The notes: a model not told the origin generated them from the sequence alone. DNA of 63,875 nucleotides, filler included, from Octopus bimaculoides (GCF_001194135.2; 7 parts of 7 records of this genome joined end to end with filler, not necessarily neighbours in it); one strand, 5' to 3'. Shown: positions 23,101 through 37,258, counted from the first letter of the whole stretch. Translations and numbers: made by a program.

Positions 23101-25572
23101 TGCAAAACATTAATATAGAGCTGACTCGAACCGTATATATAACACACACACACACGCGCATACACACACACGCAGACACACACATATGTATATATTCTTT
23201 TATTAATTTATTCTTTTATTTGTTTCAGTCATTTGACTGCGGTCATGCTGGAGCATCGCCTTTAGACGAAGAAATCGACCCCAGGACTTATTCTTTGTAA
23301 GCCTAGTACTTATTCTGTCGATCTCTTTTGCCGAACCGCTAGGTTACGGGGACATAAGCACACCAACATCGGTTGTCAAGTGATGGTGGAGGACAAGCAC
23401 AGACACACAGACAAACATGCACACATACATATATACATATATGACAGGCTTCTTTCAGTTTCCGCCTACCAAANNNNNNNNNNNNNNNNNNNNNNNNNNN
23501 NNNNNNNNNNNNNNNNNNNNNNNNNNNNNNNNNNNNNNNNNNNNNNNNNNNNNNNNNNNNNNNNNNNNNNNNNNNNNNNNNNNNNNNNNNNNNNNNNNNN
23601 NNNNNNNNNNNNNNNNNNNNNNNNNNNNNNNNNNNNNNNNNNNNNNNNNNNNNNNNNNNNNNNNNNNNNNNNNNNNNNNNNNNNNNNNNNNNNNNNNNNN
23701 NNNNNNNNNNNNNNNNNNNNNNNNNNNNNNNNNNNNNNNNNNNNNNNNNNNNNNNNNNNNNNNNNNNNNNNNNNNNNNNNNNNNNNNNNNNNNNNNNNNN
23801 NNNNNNNNNNNNNNNNNNNNNNNNNNNNNNNNNNNNNNNNNNNNNNNNNNNNNNNNNNNNNNNNNNNNNNNNNNNNNNNNNNNNNNNNNNNNNNNNNNNN
23901 NNNNNNNNNNNNNNNNNNNNNNNNNNNNNNNNNNNNNNNNNNNNNNNNNNNNNNNNNNNNNNNNNNNNNNNNNNNNNNNNNNNNNNNNNNNNNNNNNNNN
24001 NNNNNNNNNNNNNNNNNNNNNNNNNNNNNNNNNNNNNNNNNNNNNNNNNNNNNNNNNNNNNNNNNNNNNNNNNNNNNNNNNNNNNNNNNNNNNNNNNNNN
24101 NNNNNNNNNNNNNNNNNNNNNNNNNNNNNNNNNNNNNNNNNNNNNNNNNNNNNNNNNNNNNNNNNNNNNNNNNNNNNNNNNNNNNNNNNNNNNNNNNNNN
24201 NNNNNNNNNNNNNNNNNNNNNNNNNNNNNNNNNNNNNNNNNNNNNNNNNNNNNNNNNNNNNNNNNNNNNNNNNNNNNNNNNNNNNNNNNNNNNNNNNNNN
24301 NNNNNNNNNNNNNNNNNNNNNNNNNNNNNNNNNNNNNNNNNNNNNNNNNNNNNNNNNNAATGCATGTATGTATTTTTATGCCTATCAGTACAAAGTTAAG
24401 TATGGTGTCTATATTTTGAGCTTGTGCATTTAGCAAGCAAATGAATTAATCAACCGATTGATATTAAGCTTAATAAATAGAAACTATTATTCGCGATAAT
24501 GACAATCCTTTGAAAGAAAGCAAGGGAGAATATTAAGACATTTAAATGAATTAAAAATGAAATGGAGATGTGCTTTAGAGAGGACGTGAAATATTTTGTA
24601 AATACAGTTTCGACTCCGGACATATTTCAGTCTTATTACATCTCGTCAGCGAAGATATCTGACACGTTTAATACTTGACTTCTAGGAATCTTAGGAAATA
24701 GGAAATATGTCCATGCAGGTTATTTAGAGATTAGATTATTACAAATGATGGCATTTCGTCTGTTTGTACGTCATGGCCCACACATATATATACGCACGCA
24801 CGTGCACAAACACGTAACATGTGTATATAAATATAGTGCAAGTGGCTGTGTATACACTCACACATACACCCCCACACCCCCACATATATATGTATATGTG
24901 TGTTTTTGCGTATATACATATATGTATATATGTATGTGTGTGTGTATGTTTGTGTGTAAGTATATATATTTATGTACACATTTATGTATTTATACATATG
25001 TGTGTATACACACACGCGCATACACTGAGACATACATGTATGTATTCTTTCATTCATTTATTCTTTCACTTGTTTTAGCCATCTGACTGCGGACATTCTG
25101 GAGCACCGCCTTAAATGGTTTTTAGTCGACCCCAGAATTTATTCTTTGCAAGCCTAGTAATTATTCCATCGGTATCTTTTACCGAACTGCTAAGTTACAG
25201 GGATGTAAACATACCAACACCGGTTGTCGAGCGATGATGGTAGGTTGTACCACACTTTCGCTAATTGCATTATGTGCCTATATAGCCCCGAGAAGACATA
25301 GGCATTATCCTGACTCCCCCGCACTCGACCCAGATGAACAATGAGGATGTGACAGCTGAAGGGAGGAAGGAAGAAGGGCGGCACCAGTACTTACTCGGTT
25401 GGTACCCTGAAGGGCGGCACCGGTACTTACTCGGTTGGTACCCTAATTAAATAAGAACAGTGAGATGCAGTACCTTGCTCGTGGACACAATGTGCTGCCT
25501 GATCCTGTAATCGATCCCATGACCTTATGAACGTGATTCTAATGCTGTAAGCACTAGGTACAACACTTTAAT

Positions 25573-25687
<115 letters not shown>

Positions 25688-26079
25688 ACTATCTATCTAT
25701 CTATCGATCGATCTATCTATATTTAGTGGGTTATTAGAGGGCAGGAAAAAGTGTAAGTCAAAGAATTGACATTGATTACAAACCAAGTGTTTAGAATGAA
25801 CTAATATGTCGGACGCATATGAAGAGAGAAATAACATTTATGGAGTTAACAGAATTTAGATGTTAAGAGATGGATGAAAATGAAAATGAAAGTGAAACAC
25901 TCAGAAGCGGTATTTTACCGGCAATTTACGTTCTAAGTTCAAATCACGCCGAGGTCAACTTTGTCTTTCATCTCGGGATCGATAAAGTAAAGTAGGAACC
26001 AAGCACTGGGATCGATGCAATCGATCATCCATTCACCTAGTTGCTAGTTTTGTGCCAAAAGCCAAAATTTGAAACAATT

Positions 26080-26412
26080 ATTATTATTATTAATAATCTG
26101 TTCCGTTAATTCCCGGTAATGAACTTGTGTTCGGTTTAATTATGCTTTCTACCGAAAGACATTGTCTGTTTTCGGATGTGTACCTTCCGTATAAAATTGT
26201 TTTCTTCTCTGCATCTGGGGTTTAACATCGTATTGAGGACATTCTTGATAATTTTTGCTGAACGTAGCAAACATGTTTTCTGCACTGCACCGACGCCAGA
26301 ATTAAATTCAGGTTCTTCGAGGTTTGTTCGCAATCCTTTATTGATCGCTATTTCGAAGATCCCAATAATAATTGGTAGTATCAATATCTTGTTAACTTCT
26401 CTGTTCCATTTC
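26080..26412 (-). mobile_element. 3' fragment of a second R4/Dong-like LINE
   Basis: ILPIIIGIFEIAINKGLRTNLEE...VQKTCLLRSAKIIKNVL matches the R4/Dong C-terminal pattern (PIIIG...QK.ALL.SA.I...VL). A (TTA)n tail lies at ~26080-26095. Confidence 0.6.
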
Positions 26413-26460
<48 letters not shown>

Positions 26461-26614
26461 TAATAATAATAATGTTAAGTTCAAATTACGATAAACGTAA
26501 ACAAACAAACGAACGAAGTTTGCTTTTAGAAGCGTTGAGATGTCTTAGAAAGTTAAAGAAGTGATTTTAAATTCTCAATTAAAATTAATAATAATAATGA
26601 TAATAATAATAGTA

Positions 26615-26645
<31 letters not shown>

Positions 26646-27285
26646 TGATAATAATAATAATAACAGCAACATCAACAAGAACAATAATAATTATTATTGC
26701 TGTTGTTATAATATATGTATGCCCGAATATATATCTATATATGTGCGTATGTTTGTGTAGACATAATGTATCTAAATAAATGCACCTTAAGCGCGCTGAG
26801 CATGTCTTCGATTAGAAGAGGGAGACCGACCTCCATGATGAATAAATAGATAGTAGAGGCGGGGTTGGAGAAGGCGGTAGGTAGTGGATTGTCGAAATAT
26901 TATCATCTGACGTTTCACTTGCGAATAGGAAATAAAAATGACAAGAGAATAGAAAAGAATCTGAAATACGTGAATAGGATGAAGTCGAAATAGAGGCTAG
27001 GGAAGAGATTTTAATGGAAGTGTGATAAACAACAAAAAGATGAAACTAAAAATAAAACTAGCAGAAATCGAAAGTGAAAGTAAAAAGAAGAAAACGGAAA
27101 AAAAGATCCCAGCAAAAGGCTGTAAGGTTGTAAATGGCGGACGCCTCTATGGCGTATATTACTTGGTTTTAGTCGACATATGCTCCATCAGTGGCCATTC
27201 ATTCAACTTGCGTCTTAAATACCTTCTCGTTTTGTTATTTACTGCGTTTCGGGAAAGTGATTTGGACTAGGCTTATTGTAAAAGA

Positions 27286-27385
27286 NNNNNNNNNNNNNNN
27301 NNNNNNNNNNNNNNNNNNNNNNNNNNNNNTTAATTAATTAANNNNNNNNNNNNNNNNNNNNNNNNNNNNNNNNNNNNNNNNNNNN
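27286..27385. other. Artificial scaffold join
   Basis: 44 N + TTAATTAATTAA (27330-27341) + 44 N. Confidence 0.9.
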
Positions 27386-27438
<53 letters not shown>

Positions 27439-30400
27439 GTGTGCGTGTGTGTATGTGTGCGTATGTCGACGTAGAAACATCGCAAATATTTGAGATGATA
27501 ATTTTTTCGATTTGTATTCCGCTTGGGAGAAAATTAACACTAACTTATTTAAACACAATCTAAATAACCATTTTTATTTGCTTCAGCGAGCGACAGCATT
27601 GCATTATTATATTCTGTACTGAAATTGCTTAGTTCAAATACAGTTATTTACGTTCGTGTTAACGTACCTAAGGCAGTGAGTATCGAAAATTCAGAAATAT
27701 TTATGCAGCAAAGAAAACAGGATCTTAGCACAATAATCATTTGTATTTTAATTAGTTTAGCAGGTACGTGGGGAAAATCTGGGCATGTTTTGATTTTATT
27801 CATCTTTATCCGAAAATCATAAGTCATAAGTATAAGGGAATCACTAAGAATGTTTAATAGTGTATACCTGTTGGCCTAAAGGATTAGCATATAATACGAA
27901 CGAATATTGGAGATATTTACTCTTTAACTTTATAGTCATGAAACCATAGTTAAGTGAGTATTAACACATTTGATGAGGTAATCATAAAACTTCTAATCAG
28001 AATTTAGTGAACTCAATGAAAATTAGTATTTTAATCAGATAGGCAACTACAGAGGACCTGTTTTCGTCTTATACGTCGTTTGTAAGACAAAGTCTTTGAC
28101 GTATTTGCTCAAGTCATGATGGTAGATTCGTCAAGCAGATTCATTGTACTGAAAGAAAACATGAAGACGGTGTGAAAACGTGAAGAATTAGTATATTCAA
28201 CTGAATAAATATTCAACGATATTTTTATCCTCACTGATTTATTCGTTTAAATATAATGTTAGTTAAATTGGACTCATTGGACTGACTTGTCCTAAATGAA
28301 TTACACTGCATCGCCCAAATAATTAGGTGATTTAATGTATCGGAAATGTACTATTTTGAGATGGATTCAAATGATATATCATGAAAATAAAATTTATATT
28401 TCTGGAAAATTGTTAAAATGCTTTCTTGAACGATAAGGCAAATTTTATTTCTGGAAACAGCTGTGATAGAATATAAATTATCGGTTGTTAGATATATTGA
28501 TGTTTCAACTAGATGCAGTTATTTAAATGAAACAAGCGCCATCGTTAAATAATTTAAATAAGCACGGTTATTTGCCCGAATAATAATGCATATCATTTAA
28601 ATAACAGCTATATAAAACAAAGAAGTGCAAAATCACTGCAAATTATAACTTCAGCAATATATTCCCTTTTAGTCTTTTTCTGACTTTAGACATTGAGGTG
28701 TGGTCTCGACGATGAATGCTTCAATCACTTGAGCAACGGAATGCCCTAATCATTAAATTTGTGTATTAGTAACTGAGTATTCCTTAGACGTGTATGGCTA
28801 ATGTAATTTTCAAAGAGAGTCAGCGTTGTATATTAGCTTCCATGTGAGAACAGTTGGGGAGTTGGGCTTGTTAGTTGAGATCACATATTGAATTCGGTGG
28901 GGTAGCGACAACAGATGAACTCGTTTGCTGTCTCACATGGCGGACAGAACAGCTTAATGGAGTCAGCTGCTTGACTACATGTAGTAATTGTTAGCTTAGA
29001 CATAACAGATGGAATTGCATTCTGTTTTCGCTTTTCCATGTAGTGTGGCTAACAGTCTAATGATGTCAAGTTACTTGTTAGTATGTTGTACAACTATTTC
29101 GGTTTCTGAGTGTTAGCAATGGTAGACCGGTCTTTTTAAATACCCACGAACTAGTTAATGCTCATGCCCCTATGGTTAGCTACTCTTACCTAGATAACTT
29201 CTCTTTCAGCTTCTTACGCTCCAAGAGAAAACACATGCACCTGCACAAATCTCACCTCACACCTATACATTCAACAGCTGAAATCTCACTGTGGAGAATC
29301 CTATGTATCAAATGATGTAGTTTAAATAGCTACCGTTACACCACTCAGTTGTTTTTCGAAATACTTCATCAGCCTAAAGACTAGTGATTTCAAAAGGTTT
29401 CCACAGCATATGCAGGCTAATGATTTCAAAAGGTTTACACTCCATATGCTGTCTTTTAGATGTCGAAACAAGCAGGGCCCCGTCCCCATATTCGACTTTA
29501 TTTGGAGACTACAAGTAATGGAAATATTTTCCAGTGTCTCAAGGAGTATTCTTGATTGATACCCTCCTTACTCAACTGCTGCTTGTAAATGCAAACTCTA
29601 CTTCCATGAGAAATCTTAGATATTGCGGGAAAGTTCCTTTATTTCTTTTGTTTCTATCAAAAAATGCCCAGTTAAGTAAATTCAAACCAGTGGCGAATAA
29701 TACCTTAGAAAAATCATATAAATTTTATCTAGCCTCTATGCAAATATAGAGTAAACAACGCCTGTTTGCTAAATGGTGAAACTGTTCCTCTTGCACAGTC
29801 ATCAGTTCTGCCTAACATTGCTTACATCTAATATAAAACATATTGATTCAACACACCAACTATTAATCTGACAACTTTAGAATGTTGCAACGTGAAGCAG
29901 CTACAACAAGCATCTACATATCACTAACATGTCATCTATATCTTCATATCACCGACTTCCCAGCTTCAATGTATTGCCTGAATTACCAGGCCCCCAGGTA
30001 TTTTCATTTCAAAGCTATATTTTCTTTCGGGATTTTGATTCGAATGCATTGGATGACTTTGGCGTGCATGTTTACATCTAGTAAACTGAGTCTAACAGTT
30101 AATAAACTAAGTGTAACAGTGTGTGTGTGCCTATAGACAAGGAACGTCTGTCACGTTTACAGTCAAGTCCCACGCGTAGGCTTCGACTTTTCTATTTAAA
30201 GAGTTTTTAATTCAATATTTACTTGATTTTATATGAAGCTTTTACTACTTCCAGTTCCACATATAAAAGAAGAATTATTTCATGCCTCGCGGAGTCTCTT
30301 GATACTTGTGAATAAACAATATATATGATGAAAGTGATAAACGGAGAATTCGAAGGAAGAACATTGTAGAGTTTTATTTCATTCGAATTGCGGAGAAGCC

Positions 30401-30515
30401 GCATTTTCACTCCCACCAGCGTAAAAATGACAAATTAGTGATTTTCTTGTTGGAAAAGTGTAACTAAAGATGCTAATCTTCCCAAACGTTCACAACATAA
30501 GGAGAGTGAGTGAGT

Positions 30516-30556
<41 letters not shown>

Positions 30557-31638
30557 NNNNNNNNNNNNNNNNNNNNNNNNNNNNNNNNNNNNNNNNNNNN
30601 NNNNNNNNNNNNNNNNNNNNNNNNNNNNNNNNNNNNNNNNNNNNNNNNNNNNNNNNNNNNNNNNNNNNNNNNNNNNNNNNNNNNNNNNNNNNNNNNNNNN
30701 NNNNNNNNNNNNNNNNNNNNNNNNNNNNNNNNNNNNNNNNNNNNNNNNNNNNNNNNNNNNNNNNNNNNNNNNNNNNNNNNNNNNNNNNNNNNNNNNNNNN
30801 NNNNNNNNNNNNNNNNNNNNNNNNNNNNNNNNNNNNNNNNNNNNNNNNNNNNNNNNNNNNNNNNNNNNNNNNNNNNNNNNNNNNNNNNNNNNNNNNNNNN
30901 NNNNNNNNNNNNNNNNNNNNNNNNNNNNNNNNNNNNNNNNNNNNNNNNNNNNNNNNNNNNNNNTATATCAATTAATATTTATGAGAGAAAAGAAAAATTA
31001 AGTAGAAACGTTGGAAAATAGTGTAAAACATATTTTAACAAAGTATAAAATAAAGGCGATAAGCACACAAAAGAAAGAAACTCAATGAGAGCCCTGAGAT
31101 TATGATGCCAAAGTTCGGATCTCCAAAAAATTTCATGCTTGACACTGGAATGTTTCTTGCCATGAAATTCCAATTCCAGCGTTGTGTCCTTCACGTATTT
31201 ATTGAATTACGTTGTACAATCTTACATCACCAATCGCAATTGTTATTTTCTCCCACCCTGAAGAGAAGCCGAGGTGAACTGTCAGATATAAATAACATTG
31301 CCATTTATTGTTTCGACCATAAGATAACTCCTGCTTTCTTTGAGCTAGTATATTTATTGTGTCTCAAGTTTGCTTTCATCCTCAACAGCCGGAATCCAGC
31401 CTGCACCATATAACTTTCTTATTATTATTTATGTGTGGCATCATCAGTCGAATGACTTACCAAAATAGTCTCCATTGTTATATCATATTACATTAAAATA
31501 CATGTATATGTGAGTGCGTCTGCGCATGTGTATATCTGTATTTCGGAGTGTGTATTCGTACGCACGTTTGTGTCTGTGTGTGTACGTGTATGAATGAAAT
31601 TGACTGAAAGAAATTTATGTGTACGAAGGTAATTGGGA

Positions 31639-31674
<36 letters not shown>

Positions 31675-31740
31675 GTATACGTATGAGTATGTATGTCTGT
31701 ATGTATGTACGTACGCACGTATGTATGTATGTATATAAGT

Positions 31741-31805
<65 letters not shown>

Positions 31806-32321
31806 TCCATCCGTTAGCAGAAATCATCCATCCAACTATGATTTAAAGACATCTGTTTGGGACTGCGGATCTGCTGATGTTTAATGGACGATTAGCTACA
31901 TTATAGAATTTATTTGCAACTTCATTTCTCTTTGACATATCTTCTGAAACATTGACCACTTATCCTCATAACGCACACAGTTCTTTACAGAACATATAAC
32001 ACGGTTTGCATGAATGCACGTAACATACGGATATGTTTCCACATAAACATATTCAGAGAATCTTATTAATATATTAGTTTGTAAGAATCATTAAGCAGCG
32101 GACAAAATGCTTAGCAGTATCTTGTTACGGTGTTGTACGTTGTGGATTCAGTCCTCACCGACGATGATTTCACCAGTCATTCCTCCAAATTAATTAAATA
32201 CAAAAACAGCAATGTTATCGACTATGTTCTTTCCGGAAGTGGAAACCTTGTGTTTTTGTCGCAAATATCTATCTATCTATCTATCTATCAATCTATCTAT
32301 CTATCTATCTATCTATATATG

Positions 32322-32387
<66 letters not shown>

Positions 32388-32388
32388 C

Positions 32389-32482
<94 letters not shown>

Positions 32483-32502
32483 GTCTGTCTGTCTGTCTTT
32501 CA

Positions 32503-32539
<37 letters not shown>

Positions 32540-33195
32540 TCTATCTATATATCTATCTATCTATCTATCTATCTACTGTATGTTTGTCTGTCTGTCTGTC
32601 TGTACATACATACATGCATGCATACATATGTATCCGTATGTATATGCGTGTGTGTACGTGTGCCTGTGTGTGAGTGTGTGCGTGTGTGTACCTACATCCA
32701 CGCATACACACATGTATATATAATTAATCTCAGAGCATTGTTTATGTTCTAAATTCTAAACAAAACTTAACAAGAATACATTAGTAAACAAACACTCAAT
32801 TTATTCAGAATCCACCCCCAAATTAGAAGAGAGATGAAAAATGATGGAAGCGTTCTTCATAGCACAACAATTACATTAGTCAACGCACAAATAATATACA
32901 TTCACACTCAAGAAAAAAATGCCTAATTGTTGGCAGACAACAGTTAAGGTTAACGTTGAACCCTGTGGTTATCTTTTGGAAACATATTGCTCAACATCTC
33001 TTTCAATAGTCACCAGATTATAATCATAACAATTTCACAGGCTGTGACTCAGAGTGAATAATTAATGCAATAAATGTCATGTGCGTATCTCAGTAGACAA
33101 TGATGATTAATAATAGAAAAAAAAATACTGAAAAGAAGAATGATCAATGGCTTATGAGTAAATTTGGTACCCGGAAACTGTGTGGAAGAACGTCA

Positions 33196-33284
<89 letters not shown>

Positions 33285-33307
33285 ATAAACACAGACACAC
33301 ATATAAT

Positions 33308-33407
33308 NNNNNNNNNNNNNNNNNNNNNNNNNNNNNNNNNNNNNNNNNNNNTTAATTAATTAANNNNNNNNNNNNNNNNNNNNNNNNNNNNNNNNNNNNN
33401 NNNNNNN
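33308..33407. other. Artificial scaffold join
   Basis: 44 N + TTAATTAATTAA (33352-33363) + 44 N. Confidence 0.9.
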
Positions 33408-33498
33408 AAAAAGCTGAGACTCCAACAGATAGCATCACTTGTAACTCATTGCCTTTGTGAGTTACAAGTGATGCTATCTGTGGGATTCTCAGCTTTTT
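33408..33498. repeat. 41-bp-stem inverted repeat (hairpin)
   Basis: AAAAAGCTGAGACTCCAACAGATAGCATCACTTGTAACTCA / TGAGTTACAAGTGATGCTATCTGTGGGATTCTCAGCTTTTT, with 2 mismatches and a 9-nt loop. Confidence 0.9.
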
Positions 33499-33937
33499 TA
33501 GCTGCTATTTCTGAACTTCGGTATATGGTGAAGCAAATATTTGCTGATCCCTTAATTATGTGTGTATATATATATATATATAATTAAAATAGTAGGGTAA
33601 AAAATTGGATATTAATTAATATCAATTTAATACCAGATAACTAGCACATTAATAGAACCAGGAGATTCAGAAAAAATTGTCTGAGATCTCAAAAGGATTA
33701 TTGTATATGTATATATAAAAGAGACCACTAAGTGGACTGCTAATGTGCTAGAAGAAGATCACCGAATAGTTCTCAAAGAAAAAAAAATCTAGCGAAGCAA
33801 AAACATACGGGTGAGACTAGTGAAAATTACAGAAATCACCTGGCAACAATAGCATCTTTACTCCCCCTGCTATTAGCTGCCTCCCATCATTCTTCTTCGT
33901 CCCTCTGTCTACACCCAGCTCATGGTTCTGGTTTCAT

Positions 33938-34438
33938 CCACCCTTCGACCTCACCGGCAACAAAACAGACATTTTGACCAACCCAATACATACGTACAGT
34001 GGAATATGGCATGCGACTCTGGAAGCCCAACCTTCGTTATATACACACCAACTGACTTGTCTATCATCATCATCATCGTTTAACGTCCGCTTTCCATGCT
34101 AGCATGGGTTGGACGATTTGACTGAGGACTGGTGAACCAGATGGCTACACCAGGCTCCAATCTAAATTTGGCAGAGTTTCTACAGCTGGATGCCCTTCCT
34201 AACGCCAACAACTCAGAGAGTGTAGTGGGTGCTTTTACATGCCGCTGGCACGAGGGCCAGTCAGGCGGTACTGGCGACGGCCCACCCTTCAACCTCACCT
34301 GCAACAAAACAGAAATTTTGACCAACCCAATACATACGTACAGTGGAATATGGCATGCGACTCTGGAAGCCCAACCTTCGTTATATACACACCAACTGAC
34401 TTGTCTATCATCATCATCATCGTTTAACGTCCGCTTTC
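33938..34438 (-). mobile_element. RTE 3'UTR fragment with (GAT)n tail inside a ~344-bp-period local duplication
   Basis: CATCATCGTTTAACGTCCGCTTTCC occurs twice. The adjoining ~140 bp of flank is also repeated, with at least 3 substitutions. Confidence 0.75.
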
Positions 34439-34800
34439 NNNNNNNNNNNNNNNNNNNNNNNNNNNNNNNNNNNNNNNNNNNNNNNNNNNNNNNNNNNNNN
34501 NNNNNNNNNNNNNNNNNNNNNNNNNNNNNNNNNNNNNNNNNNNNNNNNNNNNNNNNNNNNNNNNNNNNNNNNNNNNNNNNNNNNNNNNNNNNNNNNNNNN
34601 NNGCACTGAAAAGACAAGACAAATATAATCTTGATTGAATTCAACTTACGATGAAAGTAAGCAAAACAAAGTTTGTTTTAGAAGCATTGAGATGTATTGA
34701 AAGATACAGAAAAAAATTTTTTTTTAAAATTCTCAAATGTGTTATAATGCTAATAAATAGCGCGATCAGGATAAATTATCCATACATTGCAGAAAAATAG

Positions 34801-34937
34801 GTGGCACCATCACCAATGCTTTTTATGTGGCACCATCACCAGTACTTTTTATGTGGAACAACCATCACCAGTGCCTTTTATGCGACACCATCACCAGAGC
34901 TTTTTATGTGACACCATCACCAGTGCTTTTTATGTGG
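34801..34937. repeat. ~26-bp minisatellite, ~5 copies
   Basis: GTGGCACCATCACCAGTGCTTTTTAT variants in tandem, with no unique spacers. Confidence 0.85.
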
Positions 34938-35298
34938 AGAGAGGGCATTTTGGAGTCGCGTGCAGCTGTTGTAGAAGTATGTCGCACGAAGACATTACTT
35001 CACCTCTGCTTCGTTAAATCATATATCCAAACTTAAGGATATAAAAAGTTTTAGGAGCTCAATTCAGTTGTGGTGAGCAGGTCTTCTTGAGTACAGCGAT
35101 ATGCCCCATATCTCAGTCCTCCATCATTTGAGACTGGCCTTCAATACTTTGTCCCATGTCTTCCTGGGTCTCCCTCTTCCACAACTTCCCTCCACTTTAA
35201 GTGACGCTTTGCCACTGTTCATCTGGTGAATTTGTCTCACAGCAAAATTTCCTAAAAACCAGAAGTCAGTAGAAAAATGGCCATGTATTCTTATTTAC

Positions 35299-35357
35299 CT
35301 GGTTTTCTAGTTCTTCAATGATCCTTTCCATAATCCATTCGTCTATCAAAGTATCAC
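35299..35357 (-). CDS. Jade: Jade-like exon (G)DTLIDEWIMERIIEELENQ
   Basis: ttgtag|GTGATACT...AACCAG|gtaaat. Phase 1 start joins the preceding exon. Matches Jade ELDE.TMERVLEE.E just before PHD1. Confidence 0.88.
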
Positions 35358-37088
35358 CTACAAGTATACAGAGAATGCATGAGAGAAATAATCTTGCATA
35401 CGTGTAAGCATACACACACACATGCACATATATACCAACATTTGGTACTGGCTGATGCAATGCCATATCTTTCTCTTTTACCTGTTTCAGCCATTAGACT
35501 GGGGCCATGCTGGGGAATTTTTAGTCAAATGATTCACCGCCTCACCCAGTACTTATTCAATCAGTCTATTTTAACAAACTGCTAAGTTATGGGGATGTAA
35601 ACACTCCAACAACAGTTGTCAAGTGGCAACAAACACAGACATTAAGTCACACGCATATATACATATATATAATTATTATAAAATATGGTAATTAATCATA
35701 TATTAATTAATATCGATTAATTACCAGGAGGCTAGCACATTTAAAGAATCAAAGAGATTCAGAAATAGTATCTGCAATCTCAGGGGATTAAGGTACATTT
35801 TTATATATAACGTTGACCACTAACGTGGACAATTAATGTGCTAGAAATAGATCACATCTTGTGTCTATTAAGACCTAAATTGTTCTGTCATATATATATA
35901 TANNNNNNNNNNNNNNNNNNNNNNNNNNNNNNNNNNNNNNNNNNNNNNNNNNNNNNNNNNNNNNNNNNNNNNNNNNNNNNNNNNNNNNNNNNNNNNNNNN
36001 NNNNNNNNNNNNNNNNNNNNNNNNNNNNNNNNNNNNNNNNNNNNNNNNNNNNNNNNNNNNNNNNNNNNNNNNNNNNNNNNNNNNNNNNNNNNNNNNNNNN
36101 NNNNNNNNNNNNNNNNNNNNNNNNNNNNNNNNNNNNNNNNNNNNNNNNNNNNNNNNNNNNNNNNNNNNNNNNNNNNNNNNNNNNNNNNNNNNNNNNNNNN
36201 NNNNNNNNNNNNNNNNNNNNNNNNNNNNNNNNNNNNNNNNNNNNNNNNNNNNNNNNNNNNNNNNNNNNNNNNNNNNNNNNNNNNNNNNNNNNNNNNNNNN
36301 NNNNNNNNNNNNNNNNNNNNNNNNNNNNNNNNNNNNNNNNNNNNNNNNNNNNNNNNNNNNNNNNNNNNNNNNNNNNNNNNNNNNNNNNNNNNNNNNNNNN
36401 NNNNNNNNNNNNNNNNNNNNNNNNNNNNNNNNNNNNNNNNNNNNNNNNNNNNNNNNNNNNNNNNNNNNNNNNNNNNNNNNNNNNNNNNNNNNNNNNNNNN
36501 NNNNNNNNNNNNNNNNNNNNNNNNNNNNNNNNNNNNNNNNNNNNNNNNNNNNNNNNNNNNNNNNNNNNNNNNNNNNNNNNNNNNNNNNNNNNNNNNNNNN
36601 NNNNNNNNNNNNNNNNNNNNNNNNNNNNNNNNNNNNNNNNNNNNNNNNNNNNNNNNNNNNNNNNNNNNNNNNNNNNNNNNNNNNNNNNNNNNNNNNNNNN
36701 NNNNNNNNNNNNNNNNNNNNNNNNNNNNNNNNNNNNNNNNNNNNNNNNNNNNNNNNNNNNNNNNNNNNNNNNNNNNNNNNNNNNNNNNNNNNNNNNNNNN
36801 NNNNNNNGATAGAATAAGTACTAGGCTTACAAAGAATAAGTCCTGGGGTCGATTTTCTCGACTAAAGGCGGTGCTCCAGCATGGCCACAGTCAACTGGTT
36901 TAATTAAGGGCAGTGTATTTCAGCAGGAATATGGTAAAAAAAAAAAAAAGAGTTAAATCACTAAAGGCTAAATAAGGCATGGTAGTTACTGATTCCGCTA
37001 TGTCAGGCACCATACACTAAGAACATCTTGGGGGTAGATGAGTGAACATGTACACCCCTACATAAGTCACACAAAGCCATCGACTTAC

Positions 37089-37258
37089 CCATTTCTTCCC
37101 GTTCTTCATTCACCTTCGTCAGCCAACACACATCGATATCGTCAAGGTCGTAACGCACCACCTGTTCTGCCAGCTGCTGCATGCCTGTCAGCTCATGTAT
37201 GCTCTGCCTGTAGTTCTCGTCCTGGGTGGCGTGGAGCAGTTTACGGGGGTTGCGAGGG
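37089..37258 (-). CDS. Jade: Jade-like exon, EPL1/EPc N-terminal domain
   Basis: Polypyrimidine tract-ttcag|C CCT CGC...ATG G|gtaagt. Encodes PRNPRKLLHATQDENYRQSIHELTGMQQLAEQVVRYDLDDIDVCWLTKVNEEREEM, matching Jade RYDL.D.D..WL...NEE..EMG. Confidence 0.92.

Noticed and set aside
22126-24436. Long ORFs consisting mostly of X (also ~6834-7817, 35838-36812, 38175-39368, 43979-44917, 51860-53048)
   Set aside because: They stay open only because N-gaps contain no stop codons.
29100-30000. Possible decayed CR1/Jockey RT (CGK...SKFKPVA resembling CWK...SNYRPIA)
   Set aside because: The similarity is too weak to support without a profile search.
34801-34937. Possible CRISPR array (also 57029-57144 and 41821-42400)
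   Set aside because: Head-to-tail repeats without unique spacers, no cas genes, and a eukaryotic context.
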